The notes under the pieces: model-generated
Seen by the model: only the letters and a program-made list of their open reading frames with translations
The model's database searches: none
Told to the model about the DNA's origin: nothing
Source: Eledone cirrhosa
Taxonomy: Eukaryota
DNA: 64,000 nucleotides
NCBI GenBank assembly: GCA_964016885.1
Contig: OZ024740.1
Coordinates: 378,882,001-378,946,000 of the forward strand
Direction: 5' to 3'
In this document: piece after piece, positions 1 through 17,282 of the stretch
Layout: the number at the start of each line of letters is the position of its first letter
How positions within the stretch are numbered: the first letter of the stretch is position 1
Translations under genes and position numbers: made by a program

Positions 1-1420
1 AGCTTTCCTCGTTTTCCCCTTGGATTGGTTTTGGTGTTGGTGGTGATCCGGCTGTTTTTGATGTTGGTGTCCGTGTTTTTGTTGGTGTTGTTTTTGGTGG
101 TGGTGGTGCAGCTTTCCGGGCTGACACTGGCGTTGGCAACAAAGGAGGTTTGCGACCCCCTGCATTTTTGCGCTGAGGGCAGAAGGCTTGCAGATGCGTT
201 GCTTCCCCGCAGACGAAGCAGCGTGGCCTCCTTCCGTCAATGATTAGTTGGATTGTTGTCCCGTCCTGAAGGCGGGCAAAATCCGGGATGTTGTTCATGT
301 CCTCCGGTTTCATTTGGAGAAGAATCTCCAAATCCATTCCGGACCAGTCCTCTCTCTCTGTCCTTTTGATATCCAGGATGGTAGTGTCTGTCCCCTCCTC
401 GATTACGCATCCCAGCAGCCACCATATGTTCATTCTTGGTGGGATGCTGGGAATGCGGACCTTTACTGTCCTTTTACCCATGTAGGACGGATGCATGATA
501 ATGCGTTCCGTTCTGCAGGGGGTCACCGAGTGCTTAATAGCGAGGGCCTCGGTTTTGAACAGTACCGAGATGGTACCGAACTGTTTACCTCTTACTTTAT
601 ACTCTATGATACTTCCGATGCACTCAAAAGCAGCCTCGACCTCTGCTTGGCTGGCAAATTCCACTTTTCGTGTCCGCACCGAAATGCATCGAAAGTACAC
701 CGTCCTCCTTTGCATGGCCGCTATTGCCTCGTCCGGGATGGTCAGGTTTGCCCAGGACTTCTCCCGTTTAATTAGCCTCCACGCTTGGGCCAACTGTTCG
801 TTTTTATCGCTAATATCAATATCAATATTCAATAAGCGCTTTGTTTTTGCTGCTGCTGCAGCAAATGTGGTGTTTCTGATGCTCTTGTTGTTGGTGTTGT
901 CATTCTTGCTGTTGTTATTGGGCGGTGGATTGGCAGTATCGGTAGAGAGTCAGACACCATGCTTTCCAGCATAGTTACGTCCCTTTACGATCTGAGTTCA
1001 AATCCCGCCGAGGTTGACTTTGCCTTTCATCCTTACGGGGTCGATAAAATAAAGTACCAGTAATGCACTGGTTATTTGCTGGCCTTGTGCCTAAAGTAGA
1101 AACAGTTATTGGTGTTGTTGTTGTTGTTTTGTTTGTTGATGCTGTTGCCACCGCCATCCGTGTTTACATTGAAGCTGTCGGTGTTATTGTCGTTATTGCT
1201 CTGAGTTGTTGTTGTTGTTGTGGTGGTAGTGGTGGTGGTGGCGGTGATGTCGTTTTCAGATGATACTGCTGCTATCACAGAAGGTTGTGATGGTAACTTT
1301 TTAGTTTTGCCTTCACATTCATGACTGTAGCCGTCGTAGTCATGGTGAAATCTGCAGTGGCTGCCTTTAAACTTTTGACCTGAACGTTGTTTACCGTTTC
1401 AAGGTCGAAAATTCCCATAA
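1..1420 (-). mobile_element. 5' part of a Tx1/L1-type non-LTR retrotransposon (ORF1, gag-like), interrupted by a SINE, running off the window start
   Basis: Manual minus-strand translation of ~915->1 is open: NNKSIRNTTFAAAAAKTKRL...TVKVRIPSIPPRMNIWW...IQLIIDGRRPRCFVCGEATHLQAFCPQRK, with a CX2CX4HX4C zinc knuckle at ~180-222. The ORF track missed it because there is no stop in the window. A low-complexity T/N-rich N-terminus continues at 1110-1350 (track ORF 1072..1278). Confidence 0.75.
921..1110 (+). mobile_element. tRNA-derived SINE (family A), full length
   Basis: A-box-like TGGCAGTATCGG, B-box GAGTTCAAATCCC, then GACTTTGCCTTTCATCC..GGGGTCGATAAAATAAAGTACCAGT and a CCTTGTGCCTAAAGTAGAAAC tail. 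Flanked by a GTTATTGG repeat (probable TSD). Many copies in the window. Confidence 0.85.
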
Positions 1421-1650
1421 TTTTTTTTGGTGGGGAAGCGATTTCGAAGTTTTTAAAAATAAATCTGAATATCCGAGCTTAAAGCCCGAATATTCAGAGG
1501 TATCCCTCTCTTTAAATGAAGATGTGTACCTTAAGTTTCGTTAACGACAAGAAAATACAAAAAATGACACTTTAAAACAGCTTAAAGTTACGGACCTTTT
1601 CCCCCGCAGATTTGTACTGTCTTCACGCATGTGCGGCCATAATAATAATA

Positions 1651-1727
1651 ATAATTGTTTCTACTTTAGGCACAAGGCCAGCAATTACCCAGTGCATTAC
1701 TGGTACTTTATTTTATCGACCCCGTAA
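1651..1727 (-). mobile_element. SINE family A, 3' fragment
   Basis: Reverse complement of ~1033-1110. Confidence 0.8.
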
Positions 1728-1989
1728 TAATAATAATAATGAAAAAACATATAGTCCATATATAAACATCCGCATACATTCCCAAGATATGCACATAAAC
1801 ACATACATGTATGCACAAATACATATACACACATATAGAGGCCCGTAAATGCATGCACCTGCACCCACACACACATCCACATATATACACCCATACACAT
1901 CCACATATATATACGCACACTTACCCGCCCGCACACACACACACCTACTCGTATGTGGCTATACGTACTTACTCACTCATACACATATA

Positions 1990-2215
<226 letters not shown>

Positions 2216-2220
2216 AATAT

Positions 2221-3245
2221 CGAGCTGCAATCCTGGGTCAAGCAAAGACCGAGAAAACTGGGCGCCTGGCACACTGAGTGTGCCCAGGCGCTCACCGCCC
2301 TCTGGCAGGCGGATCCGGTTATCAGTGGAGACTCCACCGCAACATTCTATAGAGGGCTGGTACGCAGCAGGTGCGACGACGCCCTCGGAGAAGCCCTAGA
2401 CATGGAGGAGGACGAACTGGTCAGCCTGTTCGGTAGGACATTCAGCCCGGGACCTATGGACAACTTCCAGAAGTCCCTGGCCTGGCAGTGCTACCGAGGG
2501 GCTTTAATCGTTCGAGAAAGGCTCTACAGACACGGGCGCCCGGGTAGGGACCCCGCCAAAAAGATCTGTCCCAGATGCGTGTGCGACGAGGAAACCGTTG
2601 CACACGCATTGGTACACTGCTCGGGCGTAGCCGATCTGTGGGGCTATGTCGAACAGCTGCTGTCAAGGGTGGGACCGATCCGGTTGACCACCGAGTCTAT
2701 TGTAATGATCAAGCCGCCTCCCCCCTTCAAAGATGAAGCAGAGGCGGTGTTTCTGTGCGTAATAGCCATGGCGAAAGAGGTTGTATGGTGGACGCGTCTG
2801 AAAGGACTGAGGTCAGGCACCTTTCTCTCTGGCCAACAACTGGTCCGTTTCTTCCGATATCATTTCGGAAGAAGGATCAGGATGGAGAGAGAGGTGCTGC
2901 ACCCCAGCCGTTTCTATGAAAGATGGGTGAAAGTGGCGAGAATGGCCTGTGTGAATGGGCCTTCACTCTACATCAGACTATAGGTGAGGAAGATGAAAGA
3001 CCAAGGGAGCACCCCTTCTCTGTGCTCCTGAGGAGAAGGGTTGCACACTTTTTTCGGGGGTGTGTGCGACCCCCCAAGGCGCCTCCTCTCTATTGAGGAT
3101 TTTGTTATAAATTTTATTTTTTGTTATATCTTATTTTATTTTTATATTTTGTTATTGCCTCCTCCTTATTGAGGACGCCTTTTTGTGTAAACTCCCCCCT
3201 TTGTACTTGTCCCACTTTTGATGCCCTAGTGGCAAATAAAAGAAA
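2221..3245 (+). mobile_element. 5'-truncated Tx1/L1-clade LINE (ORF2 C-terminus + 3' UTR)
   Basis: ORF 2402..2983 has the zf-RVT-like [18 protein letters not shown]. Near-identical to 47742-48766. Ends GGCAAATAAAAGAAA inside TA repeats. Confidence 0.85.
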
Positions 3246-3539
3246 CATATATATATGTATACATATATATGCTCATATATAGACACACGTATACACCCCC
3301 CCATACACACATACACCCACATTCCGCCACATATGTATATATATGCACATGTCTGCACATACAGGCGCATATGAGCTCGTGCACCCACGCACCCGTGCCC
3401 ATACACACACCCCAACACCCACCCACGCATATATATATATATACACATACATACGCATCTACACACACACACACGCACATATGCCCACACACATGTCCAC
3501 ACATAAAAAAACTCGTGAACATAAACACAATATAATAAT

Positions 3540-4946
3540 AAAATAAAATACGTAAATAAATTTACAATATTTTAGGGTACATTAAATCTGTATGTAACTG
3601 CATAAATAGGTACAGGAAAAGAAGGGGTAAAATAAAGGAACGGGTAAAAGAAAAAAGAAAAAAGAAAAAAGAAAAAAGAAAAAGAAAAAAAAAGGAAAAA
3701 AAAAAGGGGGGGGGGTATAGGAGAGGGTGCGTGAGTCCGTGTGACATATTACACACTGGCATTATGAGATGCAAGCTCGTGTCCGTGTATAGAACAGGTA
3801 ACAGTAACAAAACAATGATATAACAATAGTAACAATCACTTTTCCAAAGTGGAACAGGTGTAGAGTATATAGTCACGATTGACGGTGTACACATTCAATG
3901 TGACGCCCGCCACGGTCGCCATGGGGCATGGCACCGTGTCTGGGGTGTGCTGTTCTAAACGTTTAGTGCACAGGTCCGGGCGGCAGTGGGCCCCGTGTCA
4001 GCCAGTCCCAGCCCATGCGGTGCATCTTCCAATGTTGCGTGCCCGATCACGTGCGCACCCGGTCTACATATGATTGCCCCGCGGGTCGGACGTCGTCATC
4101 ATGGTATGTCGTCAGGTTCCTAATCCCGCTAGGTCACTCGGATCTGTACGTTCTCATTCCCGTACCCCCTGGCTGCGTCACCCGGCGGATTCCATGCTGC
4201 AAAAGTGCATCTTCTCTGGTGTCTGCATGTCAGGATAATTTCAGACTTCAGGTTGACGGCGTCATCCTTCAGTCTGACTATCTCCATGGCCTCGTGTAGG
4301 CACAGTCGGCACTTTCTACTTCCGGCCGAATATGCACTCGCGTGGCGAACGATACTCCATTCCAGGGCGTATGGAGTGCCGTGGTCTTTCATGTCCCACA
4401 CGAGGTCTGCTAACCTAGTGGAGTGCCTTTTGCTACGGTCCCTGAAGGAATTCGTGTGTTTATACATCCGCGATTTAAAGGTCGTGGATGTTGCGCCGAT
4501 ATAGGTTCGATGTGCATTCTGGGTTGTAACCATACACTTGTATACTAAGTCTTTCATTAAGCATTTTCCCTGTAGGGGGCACTGGGTGCCCGCTCTACAG
4601 TTGCAAGTTCTGTTGTCATTTCCTATGCGTCCGATGTCCGGGTCCTGATCTGTTATGGCCCTCTCAGGGTTCTCGTTGTGTTGCACCGCGCACATTTGTC
4701 CACCCCCGTGCCACCATTTCCCTCTCGGTACCATATCGCCCTCGGCGGGCGCACTGGTCGCCTCGGTGGTCGGGTTGTCATTTGAAGGCGGGTCCCTAGT
4801 TGGTTCTCCGCGCTCCGAAACCCGGTCACTCTGTCGCCGCGGTTGACGGCCAGTGTGCGCCATCTTCACCGCGTTAGTTCTAGCCATGTAGTCGACCATA
4901 TTCGGCGCCGTGGAGAAGGAAAATTTCACCGTGTGGCGTTTGAAGA
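3540..4946 (-). mobile_element. 5'-truncated Penelope-like element: linker + GIY-YIG endonuclease + 3' UTR
   Basis: ORF 4129..5007 contains FKRHTVKFSFSTAPNM, CNCRAGTQCPL (CxCx5C), LVYKC..TYIGATSTTFKSR, CRLC and TCRH. The first ~20 aa of the track ORF come from the adjacent hairpin cassette and are spurious. Confidence 0.85.
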
Positions 4947-4960
4947 TATATGTATATAAG

Positions 4961-5155
4961 TTATTTCGGGTTGAGTCGGAGGTAACCACAGTAAGTAAGG
5001 TACTCAATGCATAGCAGAGTATAAAAGTTTTAATATAGAAGAGAGCTTCGACAGTACTAGAACTGTTTCATTCGTGAGAAATCATCAGGGCTTCCTGATG
5101 ATTTCTCACGAATGAAACAGTTCTAGTCCTGTAGAAGCTCTTCTATATTAAAACT
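4961..5155 (-). mobile_element. Fold-back hammerhead cassette, family H1 (tail 4961-5025, arms 5026-5089/5094-5155)
   Basis: Inverted repeat read directly. Related copies at 46035-46150 and 59966-60147. Confidence 0.8.
5090..5138 (+). ncRNA. Type I hammerhead ribozyme (with a mirror core on the minus strand at 5045-5088)
   Basis: gcttc CTGATGA t ttc tcac gaa t GAA acag ttctagtc ctgt A gaagc: stem I gcttc/gaagc, GUA cleavage triplet. The minus-strand copy has GUC. Confidence 0.85.
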
Positions 5156-5795
5156 ATATATGTATATATATATATATATTTTAATATATAATTTATATAT
5201 ATATAAATTTAAAGATAATGCCACCCACACCCAGCGCATCAGCAAGGAATCTTACTTTATTAACAAATACGGACCCCGTCTAAACACTTCTCCCTAAGAC
5301 GAACCCACAACATACACACGTCAACATACATACCTACATCAGCATACATCTCTATCCACATATAAACACAATGACATACGTAAACACACATGTTCTATGG
5401 TGCAACACAAATATACACAAATTTGCATACCTTTTGATGTCTATAGATATAAACGTGCCGACACACAACATACATAAACGCACACATGCATTGCACACTG
5501 ATGGGCACATAATATTTGTACACAAGTATTCCAATACGGCAAGGCCTAATGGATTCCCCTTGCAGTACGTACAATCTGGACACTCACACACACCTTGGTA
5601 TTATGCCAATACTATATATCATTTCATACCTTTTATTATTAAGGTTTTTGATGTTCTATTGAGAGAATCGTTTTTACTGAAAATATCGAATAATGTACAC
5701 CATTTCACCAGTATCACAGAAATAAATACTGGTCCCCCCCCCCACACACATATATACACACACACATACACACGCGTACATTAACATACAAAGAG

Positions 5796-5833
<38 letters not shown>

Positions 5834-6328
5834 CTCCGTATAAGACAAGAGCTGAAAAATATCTTTTAACATGTTAAAATATCCCCCACACACTTACAGA
5901 GACACATTCCTACTGACCATCCCTCTACCACGAATTACTCTGCTACACACACACACACACACACACACACTTGTCTTAATAGGCATTTGAACTGTCAACA
6001 GGCTGCGGTTCGCACACACATCACTGCTGACCATTATCACAACAACGAACCTCTTTACTACTACTACTACACACACACACACATATTTGTTTTGAAAGAC
6101 TTATTTTTCAGTGACTTCTCAATCAGCCGACACAAACCTACATTTGGCGCAAAATCAATTTTTAACATTCACATGACCTCTACCAACAAATCAAAATTGT
6201 TTTGACCACAAAAATTTTTGCAACACGAATTGGCGCGAAACTTATTTTAATACCGCTGGAGCCACTTTTTTCACATAAAAACAGGTAGAATTCCCAAAAC
6301 TAATCAGATTAGAGCAAACATCACGGAC

Positions 6329-6489
6329 GCTCTATCTCAAAATTATTTTTCAAAAGCATTAGAAATGCGCAACCGGTAAAACTTAAAACCAAAACTGAAT
6401 ACTAACCAGTACTATTACTAATTCTCACTTATTCCTAATTAAATTATTTTTCACCGTGAACAATTTGTCGGCATTTTCTTTTCCGTTTA

Positions 6490-6494
<5 letters not shown>
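6329..6494 (+). repeat. Dispersed repeat, probable PLE terminus; inverted copy at 21182-21358
   Basis: Shared GAAATGCGCAACCGGTAAAA..TTCCGTTTACCAATA, ending in (TA)n in both copies. Confidence 0.55.
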
Positions 6495-6530
<36 letters not shown>

Positions 6531-6532
<2 letters not shown>

Positions 6533-6779
6533 TGGTAGAACACGGGAAGTTAATATCCGTAGTGGTAGAGCACTCAGTCCATGGGACGAGTTAGGTAGAA
6601 GTGTTTACATAACACTTAGTTCACCATACCGAGAACAATTGTTTCACCTTAGCGGATCCTCAGCTCGTAATGAACATGGTTATACGGCCGCATAACCATG
6701 TCCATTACGAGTTGAGGATCCGCTGAGGTGAAACAATTGTTCTCGGTATGGTGAACTAACTGTTGTGTAACCACTTCTA
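6531..6779 (-). mobile_element. Fold-back hammerhead cassette, family H2 (tail 6531-6595, arms 6596-6687/6688-6779)
   Basis: Imperfect palindrome centred on TATACGGCCGCATA, flanked by (TA)n. A decayed fragment lies at 46978-47044. Confidence 0.8.
6630..6667 (-). ncRNA. Minimal type I hammerhead ribozyme (mirror copy on + at 6708-6745 with C3->U)
   Basis: Minus strand reads cgag CTGAGGA t cc gctaa gg t GAAAC AATT GTT ctcg; stem III is the palindrome AACAATTGTT. Confidence 0.8.
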
Positions 6780-6841
6780 TATATATATATATACACACAC
6801 ACACATATATATATATATGTATAAAGAGAGAGAGAAAGAGG

Positions 6842-6926
<85 letters not shown>

Positions 6927-7510
6927 AAGCCGCTCAGTCTGCGATGACTCGAGGGCTAAAAAAAACTCCCAACAACAGTGGTATAACCAAGAGAAAGAAA
7001 CAGTAATGAATACATAAATAATATATTTTATGGCAACTCTCTTGTCTGAGACAGGTCAAGATTAACGAACAAATTCTATTTAAAATACATACAGTATGTT
7101 AGTTCTCATTATCTACTTAGATTATATTAGAGTACTTTCTTATTCCAATTCTGATTTTCCGTTTATTTTTAAGTATATCATATTTTCATATATTTTTGTA
7201 TCCATATTATTGTTTTATCATTTTAAATTGATGTCTGAAACAGTAATAGTTGTCTTAATACATTTTACGTTTACAGCAAAAAAAAAAAAGGTTTAAAATA
7301 GAACTACACTCACACGCACTTTCACACAGACAGACATACAAACTGATAGACAGACACACGTATGTATATATGTATGTATGCATGTAAGTATGTATGTATG
7401 TACGTATGTATGTGTAAGCATGTATATGTATGTTTGTTTATGTATCTATTCTTTTATAGATACCTAACATAACTGTAATTTTGGCTCCTGTGTTTTGTCG
7501 TTTCATTTAT

Positions 7511-7624
<114 letters not shown>

Positions 7625-7703
7625 TATATATATATAAATATATATATATATAAATATATATATATATAAATATATATATATATAAATATATATATATATA
7701 AAT

Positions 7704-7734
<31 letters not shown>

Positions 7735-7782
7735 AATATATAAATATATAAATATATATATATATAAATATATATATATATA

Positions 7783-7850
<68 letters not shown>

Positions 7851-7920
7851 TTGTCATTTCATTTATTAACTATATATATATATAAATATATATATATATA
7901 AATATATATATATATAAATA

Positions 7921-10770
7921 TGATATTAAATAAATGGAAACTATATTTATAAAACCATATTTATTTCGTTATATATATTTCAGGGATATCATATTAACAA
8001 TATGTTATGCCTTCTTCAGACAAAATACAATATAAACAGTCGTATAAATAAATAGATACGACATACCTTTCAATCACCTTGCATTTGGGAGGTTGATTTG
8101 GCAGTAAAAAATATTGTGGACAGTTGTAAAAAGAAAGAGAGAAAGAAAGAAAGAAAGAGAAACGAAGAAAAAGAAGAAATGCATGTGACTAAATAGAGAG
8201 ATATAGAAAGATAGATAAAGAGAAGAACTTCATGTAAAGAAACAGAGAGAAATATATATAGAGAGAGGAAAAAAGAAAGACATAGATAGAGATAGATAGA
8301 GAAACTAGGAAGTTGAGTATCGGTTGATACATTTATTTATTTATTTATTTATTTATTTAGCTCTAGTATTAATGTAAAGAGAGATGTATGTAGTTAAGAG
8401 AGAAAATAGCCGTTATATAGAGAGAAAAAAGAGAAAATGAAAAAGAGAAAATGAAACATAACCAGACATAAACGAGGCAGAATTTAAAACCACTATGTTT
8501 TATCCTGTAGAAAATATTAGTTCGTATAAAACAGGCATTATAATGTAAATATCAGTGTTCATGAATGAGACATGTATCTATAATGTGTGAAAGTAATGAT
8601 CCTATGACTAGTTTTTAAAAAATTCATATGTTTATATCATAATTATAAACAAACTCCCAATTCACACGAAAAACATTCTCGTTGTGCTATAAAAATTCAA
8701 GTATACATATATGTGTGTATATATACACATATATATATAGAGTCTATATTAATTTTAACAATACTATTCTTGTCTTTACTCTACATGATTGTCGATCAAG
8801 CAGAAATAGAGGACAGATTTCAATATATTAATAAAAATAAAAATAAAAATAAAAATAAAAATAAAAATAAAAATATCAGAGACAAGAAAATAAATAAATA
8901 AACAGAAAACTAAAACATTTAATATTAAGAATAAAAAAAAATAAAAAAAATATTACAAAATATTAAAAAATAATAAAAATAAAACATATGCCACGCAAAT
9001 CGGCCACAGAGATCAGCCTTTCAAAGTTAATTGACAATATATTGCCAGGTTCATCATAAGCATCAGAGTCGAAACAGATAAAACAAAAATTGTTTACCAA
9101 ATCCTGTCTAGCAGAAATCATTCCAAAAGTTTAGGATACCCATTTGGTCTACATATGTTCTTATATTTAATATAGAAGTTTATCTAGTTTAAAATTTAAT
9201 TCGATATATTTGGAGCATCAGCTTTTAGGGTAGTTTAATTATTCATGAAGAATGTTTTAATAAAAAGAATGTTTTAATAAAAAGAAGAAATCGAAAGATT
9301 TATCGGCTAGTTTCATAAATAATTACAAATCAAATCAAACATAACTACATTTTAAATTTAAATTTATATTTAAACGTTGAGTTCAATCTATGTCTGCAGC
9401 AACTGAATAAATTTGTCCGTAGATTAAGGGAATTTTTAGATTTTAGTATAAAGAATATCTCCTCCGCACAGAGGTCACATGTCTCAGAGGATGAATTAAA
9501 AGGAATCCCCCTTGAAACTATATTCCAAGTCGTCGAATATCTAACGTTATCATGCCTAAGTTGCCAGAGTACGCCTGATAGTGCTGTTGAAGATTTTTTG
9601 GATGGATCTGTGAAAGAATTCTTGTGGTTGTTATAGCGAAGTTTAAATTCCGTCGATGTAGAACCAACGTAGTTAAAAGAATTAACGTCCGTTTTAACAT
9701 TACAGTTGTATATTATATTTTTAACTAAGCAGTTGTTATTTAACGGACATTTAGATCTATCTCTACAGTTACATTTGTTAACTTGGATATTATTTATGCT
9801 ATTATCGCTAGGTTTTAAGTTCCTGTTATTTATTCTATTAATATTTTGCGCTAAATTTTTGGTGGATGAGTAGGTTAGTTTTATAGTATGTCTATTGAAA
9901 ATTGAGTGATACCTATGTGCTCTAGGGAAGCGATTATCGAGAGCTTTAAAAAATAGTTTAGCAATGTGGGTTTTAATGTTTAGTGAGAAAGGGGGGCAAA
10001 CCATATTATATTCCTAGTTCTATTTCTTTTATGGCTTTTGGAATTATTGTAATGCTTTCTATTATAGTTGTTAAACTATGTCAGCTTTAACTCTAAATAC
10101 CCCAAATCTGTTAAAAATACTATAGTAAACTCTGTTCAATCACGTATCTCTAGAATCTCATCTAATAAAAAGATTTTCGACGAAAAAGCCCATTATTACA
10201 ATGAAGCGTTAGCTAGAGCAGGATATAGTGATAAAATTATGTACATAGATAATGATAAACAAATTAAACAAAATAACAACTATTTTAATTATGGCCACAA
10301 CCTTAACAACTATAATAGAAAGCATTACAATAATTCCAAAAGCCATAAAAGAAATAGAACTAGGAATATAATATGGTTTGCCCCCCCCCCCTTTCTCACT
10401 AAACATTATTTAGTCACATGCATTTCTTCTTTTTCTTCGTTTCTCTTTCTTTCTTTCTTTCTCTCTTTCTTTTTACAACTGTCCACAATATTTTTTACTG
10501 CCAAATCAACCTCCCAAATGCAAGGTGATTGAAAGGTATGTCGTATCTATTTATTTATACGACTGTTTATATTGTATTTTGTCTGAAGAAGGCATAACAT
10601 ATTGTTAATATGATATCCCTGAAATATATATAACGAAATAAATATGGTTTTATAAATATAGTTTCCATTTATTTAATATCATAAATATACTCCAAATACT
10701 TGTTGAGTGCTTTTATATCAGTTATAAATATTTACTCGTTGTTAACCCAACAATTTAAATATAACTTTCC
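7921..10770 (-). mobile_element. Rearranged Penelope-like element with inverted termini
   Basis: Minus-strand GIY-YIG ORF 9345..10004 (CNCRDRSKCPL, IIYNC..NYVGST, CDLC, CCRH). Plus-strand RT-thumb piece 10068-10406 (YYNEALARAGY). Inverted repeat 7921-8195/10407-10681. Single-copy tail 10682-10770. Confidence 0.85.
10575..10640 (+). ncRNA. Type I hammerhead ribozyme, family H3 (mirror on minus 7962-8027)
   Basis: tattttgt CTGAAGA agg..cct GAAA TATATA TA acgaaata: 8-bp stem I, palindromic stem III, AUA triplet. Confidence 0.75.
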
Positions 10771-10795
10771 ATATATATATAAATATATATATATA

Positions 10796-11088
<293 letters not shown>

Positions 11089-11154
11089 CGTAAGATAAGA
11101 AAATTATAAAATTATAAAAAAATTATAAAATTGACTTACTTACTAAAATATCAC

Positions 11155-11232
11155 TTCCAACTAATTAGTTTCTGGAATGGAGTAAATATATTTTCCGAAG
11201 AATATATAGAAAAGCATTCCGTCGTCAGGAAA
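11155..11232 (-). ncRNA. Type I hammerhead ribozyme in a TA-flanked island (11083-11500)
   Basis: Minus strand reads tttc CTGACGA c ggaatg..cattcc a GAAAC TAATTA GTT ggaa; palindromic stem III AACTAATTAGTT. Confidence 0.75.
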
Positions 11233-11542
11233 GTCTCTTTTCATGTAAGTTTCCAGGCATAGCGAGGACTCTGGAAACTTATTAAAAAATAATTCAGTGG
11301 AAAGGAAATAGCGAAGCGTGGACTGAAATCCCAGCCATTGAGAAAATCACTGCCTCTATGTCTGTGGCAAATTCAAAAAGAATCAATCACGTGACATCGA
11401 GGTCAATCAGTGGAAAGCGAGTTGTTAATAAGACAGCGGCCTGCCTACTACTATAGCAGCAGTCATGGCCAATATTGCTCGACAAATGAATTGGAGATAA
11501 TTATAAATATATATATATATATATATATATAAAGATATATAT

Positions 11543-11663
<121 letters not shown>

Positions 11664-11685
11664 AATATATATATAAATATATATA

Positions 11686-12481
11686 TATTGTTATACTTTG
11701 GGAGGGTCATGTTGCCAATAAGAAACACACGCACCAGTTGCTTTCACTTCAGTTTATTATAAATGAACACGGATAAATGAACACTGGCGAGACCTTCAAG
11801 ATAATAAAGAATCATCTGTACTCTACCAACATGCTAAGATAGAACACAAGGGTAAATTAGAGAACATAGAAATAAAAATAGAATCTACACACAGAAAAGA
11901 TGCAATGTTTAGACAAATTACAGAGGCAATAAACATAAAAGAATTACAACCAAAATTAAATAGAAAATATGAGTGGAACAGCAACATCACAACTTACAAT
12001 TAAGGACAAAATGAAAACACACACACACATAGAACAAACAACCAACCAGTAACATGTAAATAAATAAATAAATAAACAAATAGATAAATGAACATAAACA
12101 CACACAGACACCCGGATATGGCGCATGCGCAGACTGAGCACACAACACACACACAGAAACAAAATGGCGTAGGACAGAACAAAGGAGAGGCACAGAAACA
12201 AAGAAAGGAATCCCCAGTCACTGAAGAGGTCACAGAGTGTGTGACGAAAGGACTATGACTATATATAAACAACTATCTGGTTGTGGAACCAACCAACCAA
12301 CCAACCAACCAGAAATTTATAAATTTATAAATTTGTAAATTTATAGATATATAATAAACTGAAGTGAAAGCAACTGGTGTGTGTGTTTCTTATTGGCAAC
12401 ATGACCCTCCCAAAGTATAACAATATCGGTTTCAACACACGATTTCAGATAAAGAATCTTGCTAAACGAATTCAGAAACGA

Positions 12482-12483
<2 letters not shown>
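11686..12483 (+). mobile_element. PLE-like terminus with inverted 75-bp ends (11686-11761/12351-12425) and tail 12426-12483
   Basis: Inverted repeat TTATACTTTGGGAGGGTCATG.. read directly; internal hammerhead; relative at 46216-46470. Confidence 0.65.
12216..12260 (+). ncRNA. Minimal hammerhead ribozyme, family H4
   Basis: agtca CTGAAGA g gtcac agagtgt gtgac GAAAG GA CTA tgact: stem I agtca/tgact, CUA triplet. Confidence 0.75.
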
Positions 12484-13113
<630 letters not shown>

Positions 13114-13680
13114 TAAAAATACGTATTTAAGAAAGCCACAACAATGCAAAGGGAAATCTCGAGGTAGGAAGTGAAATATAGATAGGAAAAACAGGTGAAA
13201 GTGAAAGTTGAGAGAGACAAAGATGAAAACAAAACAAAGGTAGAAGGGTTACCGTAGTAGAGATTTTAATCCCAATATTTCGGGCTCACGCCCATCAACG
13301 GGGGAAAAGTTCCAAAAGGGGGGAAAACAGGCCAAGCGGAGAAAGTGTTGATGTCGTTAAGACAGGAATGCCGTAATTACGGCATTCCTGTCTTAACGAC
13401 ATCAACACTTTCTCCGCTTGGCCTGTTTTCCCCCCTTTTGGAACTTTTCCCCCGTTGATGGGCGTGAGCCCGAAATATTGGGATTAAAATCTCTACTACG
13501 GTAACCCTTCTACCTTTGTTTTGTTTTCATCTTTGTCTCTCTCAACTTTCACTTTCACCTGTTTTTCCTATCTATATTTCACTTCCTACCTCGAGATTTC
13601 CCTTTGCATTGTTGTGGCTTTCTTAAATACGTATTTTTACACATTTCACAATGCTTCAAGCAAACTTTAACACCCTCTTA
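13114..13680 (+). repeat. Perfect 263-bp-arm palindrome (13114-13376/13377-13639) plus ~40-bp tail
   Basis: Centre GAATGCCGTAA|TTACGGCATTC with no spacer. A degenerate hammerhead-like TTGAT gggc gtga gccc GAAA lies at ~13455-13475. Confidence 0.85.

Positions 13681-17282
<3,602 letters not shown>

Noticed and set aside
25-974. Plus-strand ORFs 25..243, 248..775 and 495..974
   Set aside because: Antisense shadows of the minus-strand zinc-knuckle ORF1.
921-1010. tRNA gene
   Set aside because: Has A/B boxes but continues into a conserved non-tRNA body repeated about ten times: a SINE head.
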